Below the pieces are notes generated by a model that had not been told where the DNA came from, did not search any database, and saw only the letters and a list, made by a program, of their open reading frames with translations. This document shows, piece by piece, positions 45,901 to 49,261 of a stretch of DNA of 49,261 nt (its first letter is position 1; every line of letters begins with the position of its first letter). Source of the DNA: Candidatus Nanopelagicales bacterium (GTDB taxonomy: Bacteria > Actinomycetota > Actinomycetes > S36-B12 > UBA10799); contig JBAYVO010000002.1 in the NCBI GenBank assembly GCA_041674545.1, positions 1 through 49,261 on the forward strand. The letters are read 5' to 3'. The position numbers and the translations under genes were made by a program.

Positions 45901-48560
45901 TTCTTGACCCGAGTTGCTCCAAATGGCGCAGGCTCGTATTCGCTAGTTCCCGCCTCCTGGGTCCATTTGCTCGCACCTTGGCCGGACAGGGAACTACCCT
46001 CCATCCTGGTCGCTTGACCAGCTGCAGGATTTTCGTAGTAGAACGAAGCGCTCCCGGAATTCGCGTCCTTGCCGTTCGGGTATGGATCTCTCGTTGTCCT
46101 CTTTGCTGCGGTGTACGCCCGTTGGAGGAAGTGCTGATTGGTAACAGGTTCCCGTTTGCCATCCTCAGGCGCGAGCGTTATTTGGATGTTCTTCCCCGCT
46201 GCCGATGCGTCGGACTTACGCGACAAGTCGATATTGAATCCGATCGGCGAACCAGTCGCCGACTTGTTGTCACTGGAATTGTCGTAGGTGCAGCTGCCCG
46301 CAGTCTGACCATCTACAACCGCACAGAAACTACTCCCCAGCCACACCGACCCCTTGATATCTGGATCGGAAGTAGCAATCTTGATGGAGTACTCTTCGCG
46401 TTTCAGTGCCAGACCGCCCGTGATGCGCGCCGACCAATCTCCGCCGTTGACGCCGGACGGCACTTGGGTCGAGAACCCGCCGTCGTAGTTCAGCACACTC
46501 GTCGCTACCGGAGTTCCAGCAAACGAGGAACTGCCGAACCACGAGGCGATCATTCCGTTGCCTACGCTTGCGGGATCGCCATAGGTAGTCTTCGTCGATA
46601 GCACGGCGTTCGCGTCCGTGGGTAGGCACGGATTGTCTTTGAGGACATCCGCCGACGACTTGGGCGAACACTTTGTCATATTGAACGCAGAATCTGGCCC
46701 ACTGTACTGACCGATCTCCATGCCAATCTTGTCGTACTCATTGGCTTGAACTGTTGTTCCAGTAATGCTCGCGTATACGATCTTGTATGACGGGTGCCAA
46801 ACTGCCTGAGTCAGCGCGCCGTTCGGCTCCAACTTGTACAGCGGGCGGATTCGGTCATCGAAGGCTTGATGAGCGAGCTGCGCCGACTGTGAACCATCCG
46901 ACATCGTTGCTGTAGTCGTGGTTTGGTGCGTCGCTGGCAAGAATTTCGCGTCTACTTCACCAAACTCCTTGTAGGTTTTGGTGAGAACTTGGTGAACCCC
47001 GTTCGAAGTTAGAGCGGGGAGTTCTTGCATCTTGATTCGGCCAAGGTCGTCGTATTGAGTCCGCTGGATAATTGGATCCTTGGCAGGATCCGAGCCTGCA
47101 ACCAGGCTGCCTGCTGCCAACGATTGGTTCGCGATCTGATCACGCACGAGGAAGGGTCGATTGCGGTCGTCCCAACCAATGTCGTAGAACTGAATGTCAC
47201 GCCAATCGCAATCTCCCAGGGAGAACTCACAGCTCTGAGGTGCCCCCGTGAGGCGGCTCAACCTCGCGTGAGCCGCACCCTGCGGCTGGGTGTAGTCGAA
47301 CTTGGACCACTGATCGAACGGCTGTTCAAGCACGCAGATCATGCCGTCTGGGGTGTCAACGAAGCCTGGAGCTCGGCCAGAATCATTGCACTGCTTGTCG
47401 CCACCGTAGTAGAAGTTCCAGGACAAACCCGCTTTACTGACCGACTTCAGCAGTTCCCCGTCGCCTCGGTACGAGAGCTCGAAGGGCGCGCTCCCCGGGG
47501 TGTTGTACGTAGTCAACCGACCCTTGGAATCGAATGACCAGTTGGAGCCATCACTCTGCTGGGTGACGACGATCGAATCCGATCCTGTGGCGATAGTTGC
47601 TGCGAAGCCGACACCAGCAGCAGCGCCAGTTAGTGACTGACACTGCTTCCCGATTGAGGTGGGCTTACACCCGAGCATGGTCTCAGTTCCGGAAGTGTCC
47701 AGCGTGAGGAATTCTGTGAAGTCTTGGTAACCGTTTGCCGGCCCGAGGACCGCCTTCGACATCCCCTGCGGCAGACCGACCCAACTCCATCCCGCCGGTA
47801 GGCCTCCGCGGAATCCACTTGTGGCGTTGGTCTGTGGATTTACACCCAAATCGGCAGTTGTGAAACCTAGGCTTACGGCTCCTGACGCGGCCGGTGCCGA
47901 AATCTCTCGACTCTTCAAGGCCAGCGTGTTGCTGCCGCTGGCATCCCCTGTGTCAGCAATTGCAAACAGTCTGCGCTCGCTACGAGACGCCCCCGACTTC
48001 ACCGTAGTAGTGGTGACCATATAGCCAGCGCCAGTTGTCAGGGTTCCAGCAGGAACGATGCAATAGACCGACCCAGGTACTGAGTTGAGTGACTTGAGGG
48101 CCTTCTTTGGTGCCTTGTTGGAGCTGGGGATCGAACAATTCGGATTGGTGGCTGCCTCACCTGAGTCCCACTTGACTGCTCCGTCCCCCAACGCCCCTGC
48201 CTCGGCGACAACAAATCGATACGAGGTTGACCCTGGCTGTGCTGTCAGCTTGACCCGCGTACCGCCAACGCCCACCTGCTCGCTGACTCGCAGGTCGAGT
48301 CCCTGATCGGTGGGTCCAAGTGCACCGGGCATACCTGGGATGGTGTAGGCACCTCCTGCCAGACCACCTCCCCCGGATTCAAACCCGGCCGCTGGAGACA
48401 GCGAAGGCAACGCCCCGACAGTGACCGGGTCGGCGTCACCAGCTGATCGAGTGCTTTCGGCGGAGCCGCAGGCACTCGCAAGCAAGCTGAGGCTTACCAG
48501 TCCCGCAACGACCGCGTACACCCGTGAGGTGCGATTGCCGAATGCTGTCTTCTCGATCAT
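42912..48560 (-). CDS. RHS/YD-repeat lipoprotein (1882 aa) with PA14-like insertion and hydrophobic C-terminal payload domain
   Basis: Lipobox SLSLLASAC from ATG 48560. Numerous YD-type repeats (FDSKGRLTTY, YDDLGRIKM, DASGRVSTMISDQYGQV, DPKGNITDE, YGYDQDGRRI, WDKNGNY, RDLSGRVYEQ). RHS-core end motif present. See sub-features. Confidence 0.9.
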   Translation of the reverse strand: MIEKTAFGNRTSRVYAVVAGLVSLSLLASACGSAESTRSAGDADPVTVGALPSLSPAAGFESGGGGLAGGAYTIPGMPGALGPTDQGLDLRVSEQVGVGGTRVKLTAQPGSTSYRFVVAEAGALGDGAVKWDSGEAATNPNCSIPSSNKAPKKALKSLNSVPGSVYCIVPAGTLTTGAGYMVTTTTVKSGASRSERRLFAIADTGDASGSNTLALKSREISAPAASGAVSLGFTTADLGVNPQTNATSGFRGGLPAGWSWVGLPQGMSKAVLGPANGYQDFTEFLTLDTSGTETMLGCKPTSIGKQCQSLTGAAAGVGFAATIATGSDSIVVTQQSDGSNWSFDSKGRLTTYNTPGSAPFELSYRGDGELLKSVSKAGLSWNFYYGGDKQCNDSGRAPGFVDTPDGMICVLEQPFDQWSKFDYTQPQGAAHARLSRLTGAPQSCEFSLGDCDWRDIQFYDIGWDDRNRPFLVRDQIANQSLAAGSLVAGSDPAKDPIIQRTQYDDLGRIKMQELPALTSNGVHQVLTKTYKEFGEVDAKFLPATHQTTTTATMSDGSQSAQLAHQAFDDRIRPLYKLEPNGALTQAVWHPSYKIVYASITGTTVQANEYDKIGMEIGQYSGPDSAFNMTKCSPKSSADVLKDNPCLPTDANAVLSTKTTYGDPASVGNGMIASWFGSSSFAGTPVATSVLNYDGGFSTQVPSGVNGGDWSARITGGLALKREEYSIKIATSDPDIKGSVWLGSSFCAVVDGQTAGSCTYDNSSDNKSATGSPIGFNIDLSRKSDASAAGKNIQITLAPEDGKREPVTNQHFLQRAYTAAKRTTRDPYPNGKDANSGSASFYYENPAAGQATRMEGSSLSGQGASKWTQEAGTSEYEPAPFGATRVKKVTSALGSSSTFEYWGVDETPGDSDLAELGQIPDYLLDAKQLGSLKSITDASGRVSTMISDQYGQVSCTRTSNTSNVNSGNWSCTWRDEMYRQTKAVTAGSDGKPEIETVYTHDLLRTPGDAFTSSTAVTSTEGEPDHTVKQTVNRTQQVETYEDAIGTRSEFVMDPKGNITDEIVTAAPQDGKQAKSITIRNGYNELGYMTSTALGGIVVQRTTWGDAGPGNGMQLKRVEYPDIAMSLQPRYDNNAQLEGQTWTLKSGQKIEESIKTTLGQSLLSTEFAGEKAEYNYQGGTVLKRATIAGVDFNYGYDQDGRRICSAAGIANPGDTPKDCNQLPGHYSYTYANDRVVSTTNPQAAIPDNSWDKNGNYTQIGNMNLQYDATEQLSRATTPDGGILELKRDLSGRVYEQTMNAPTVAPVSLSNAQWKDARALLAKSRKLGTNQNQILDQYVAANVPAIPMPVDEPQRNAGEVEGDSTAPTESGDAQVAVPADPAASATAPTEPEAPVASATEQPDPQAPPTPAIPSGDESVEPAPSESASTDQPAPTEASPAQPAPGADAGPKTQTIKLGYSSPSGSPRVLYSDNDAAIMITLAGGLAIEGGTLTIPSLSGIGKLKIAADGSRGDRAPEFVGPYGEQIGNSDPSTANMPGSRLSTVGVRAFSRDLGTFMQPDPKVAAGAGQYSYGNGDPVNFSDASGTTAMGDWIKNGLTGGHHGMDAVSAGFFAVAWTFVTGALGVAMFKGMMKFNYFAKGGAWASIIVGAMYALEGYGMGFLSEEITTYGHVSMNNSLTWSFNGICATLTGIAGGLGYYFGRASNNLGEALQTVADNAQATLEQGVTALQNVPATITSVGQTVATGLEDASGKVAAVMKQEAIPAIKEAGISIGTSSGKGFAGATVGWGVGGLAGDAFDSYTGLGLKPLFQLAGGAVGGAIGMNFTPTIKAAVSYVRESRLGKGVAAWTRKAMLKGQGVLQQGAVLKTAVMTQISGRGSSVFNYF
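42915..43811 (-). other. C-terminal 299-aa payload domain: three hydrophobic helices plus Gly-zipper-rich segments (putative membrane-inserting toxin)
   Basis: AVSAGFFAVAWTFVTGALGVAMF, GGAWASIIVGAMYALEGYGMGFL, WSFNGICATLTGIAGGLGYYFG, then GFAGATVGWGVGGLAGDAF and LFQLAGGAVGGAIGMNF. Confidence 0.5.
43812..43937 (-). other. RHS repeat-associated core end (putative autoproteolysis motif)
   Basis: VRAFSRDLGTFMQPDPKVAAGAGQYSYGNGDPVNFSDASGT resembles R.Y.P..GRF...DP.G....N.Y.Y..N.P....DP.GL. The last DPxGL is degenerate (DASGT). Confidence 0.7.
44217..44540 (-). other. ~108-aa Pro/Ala/Glu-rich low-complexity insertion between the last YD repeats and the RHS core end
   Basis: PAIPMPVDEPQRNAGEVEGDSTAPTESGDAQVAVPADPAASATAPTEPEAPVASATEQPDPQAPPTPAIPSGDESVEPAPSESASTDQPAPTEASPAQPAPGADAG. 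Confidence 0.8.
44673..47540 (-). other. YD/RHS repeat (shell-forming) region
   Basis: Spaced YD-repeat signatures across about aa 355-1310 of the track ORF. Confidence 0.8.
46278..46556 (-). other. PA14-like (carbohydrate-binding) insertion inside the RHS region
   Basis: GMIASWFGSSSFAGTPVATSVLNYDGGF...DWSARITGGLALKREEYSIKIATSDPDIKGSVWLGSS follows the PA14 pattern (GL.gEYF....F.G.PV ... FS.RWTG.L....G.Y.F...SDD...LW.dG). Confidence 0.55.
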
Positions 48561-48743
48561 TGATTGCCCAGTCCTGTCTGTTCCGCAGCGGGCAAATGAC
48601 ACCCACTTCCGACACTTTCCTCCGGAGATGCAAACACAGATGACAGGCCTAAACGGAGCCGAAGCTGGTGTTCGTCAACGAATCGGAACAAACGTTCGGC
48701 GCACACCTCAGCGGGAACTACTCAGCGTGACATATGCCAGCAT

Positions 48744-49261
48744 TCACTGACCGGACCGCCCGAGGGCCGTCAACATCTTGGCCTGGACGTTCGAGTACAG
48801 CTGGTACGACAGACCTTCACGCCGAACTTGATCCGCGATCAACACGCTCTGAGGTTGGGACGCCAGGAAGCCACCCCACCGATTCCCCCACATTGAGTAG
48901 GAAGGATCGAACTGCGCGCCAGCAATTACCTGAGCTTGCCGCTCGCCAAGCGCCGTCGCGACGTCTACCTGTTGATCAAAAGTCTCCTGCAGGGTGATGG
49001 CGACGTTTGAGGTTGAGACATCTGCGTTGACGGCTTCAGAAACCGCGCCGATCCCCATTACGAGTAGCGAACTCGAGACGAATGCCGATAGTGCGCTTGC
49101 AGTGCGGATCGCCTGCTCACTGGGAGTGCCGCTGGTCCCGCTCACTGCTTGCCACTGTTGCAACGCAACCTCGCTGAGTGCCTGATCCTGAGCCGACACC
49201 GCTTTGCTCTGGCCGGCTTGGACGGCGTACTTGGTGTTTGCCTCGGCCGCTTGGGCTAGCA
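48744..49261 (-). CDS. Hypothetical helical protein, 3' part (ORF stays open to the window end)
   Basis: The frame has no stop from 49259 down to the stop at 48744. The track shows it only from GTG 49199. Ala/Gln-rich helical sequence with one hydrophobic stretch ALSAFVSSSLLVMGIGAV. No family recognised. Confidence 0.45.
   Translation of the reverse strand, partial: LAQAAEANTKYAVQAGQSKAVSAQDQALSEVALQQWQAVSGTSGTPSEQAIRTASALSAFVSSSLLVMGIGAVSEAVNADVSTSNVAITLQETFDQQVDVATALGERQAQVIAGAQFDPSYSMWGNRWGGFLASQPQSVLIADQVRREGLSYQLYSNVQAKMLTALGRSGQ

Noticed and set aside
42912-48560. RHS protein as a T6SS, T7SS or CDI effector
   Set aside because: No PAAR/VgrG-like, LXG/WXG100 or two-partner-secretion features are visible in it or its neighbours. 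It begins with a Sec lipoprotein signal. This was not excluded by HMM search, only by eye.
25581-48560. Genomic island or mobile element carrying the RHS region
   Set aside because: I found no integrase, transposase, flanking tRNA or direct repeats in the window. The only hint is a by-eye, unquantified lower GC in places, so I make no mobile-element call.
29718-48560. Streptomyces umbrella-toxin (Umb) type locus
   Set aside because: The large toxin here is a YD/RHS protein rather than a coiled-coil stalk protein. I do not recognise the helical ALF-type repeats or trypsin-like lectin partners. The architecture is different, although I cannot test remote homology here.

Overview
A 49.3 kb high-GC, actinobacterial-type chromosomal window with about 31 genes. 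I saw no rRNA, tRNA, CRISPR array, transposase or integrase.

**Left half (1-25.5 kb): ordinary accessory metabolism.**
- Baeyer-Villiger monooxygenase, SulP/STAS anion permease, phosphoesterase (PLC/AcpA family).
- M23 peptidase behind a long structured leader.
- A CsoR/CstR-like repressor with a CoA-disulfide-reductase-rhodanese fusion and a perfect operator palindrome.
- Monoacylglycerol lipase.
- A multidomain AA10 LPMO-CBM2-GH5-CBM2 cellulase.
- A TetR regulator and an unusual adenylation-carrier-AT3 membrane acyltransferase fusion.
- An Fe(III)-type ABC importer with an IdeR/DtxR-like box, an orphan LivJ-like binding protein, and a large LAL-type LuxR regulator.
- A YcnI/CopC copper module.

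**Right half (25.5-48.6 kb): entirely minus strand, dominated by giant exported repeat proteins.**
- A membrane-anchored 497-aa pentapeptide-repeat protein.
- A pseudo-receiver LuxR regulator and an alpha/beta-hydrolase-like protein.
- A tightly packed six-gene, ~19 kb operon (29718-48560). It encodes a 1882-aa RHS/YD lipoprotein with a hydrophobic C-terminal payload, a 707-aa pentapeptide lipoprotein, a 1255-aa Tat-signal protein with no recognisable core, two pentapeptide+NHL giants (one with tandem FN3-like modules) and a small lipoprotein.

I regard this operon as the best candidate for an undescribed system: a surface-anchored, Tc/teneurin-like toxin or envelope complex split across several polypeptides. 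All functional calls come from motif recognition by eye; no database search was run.
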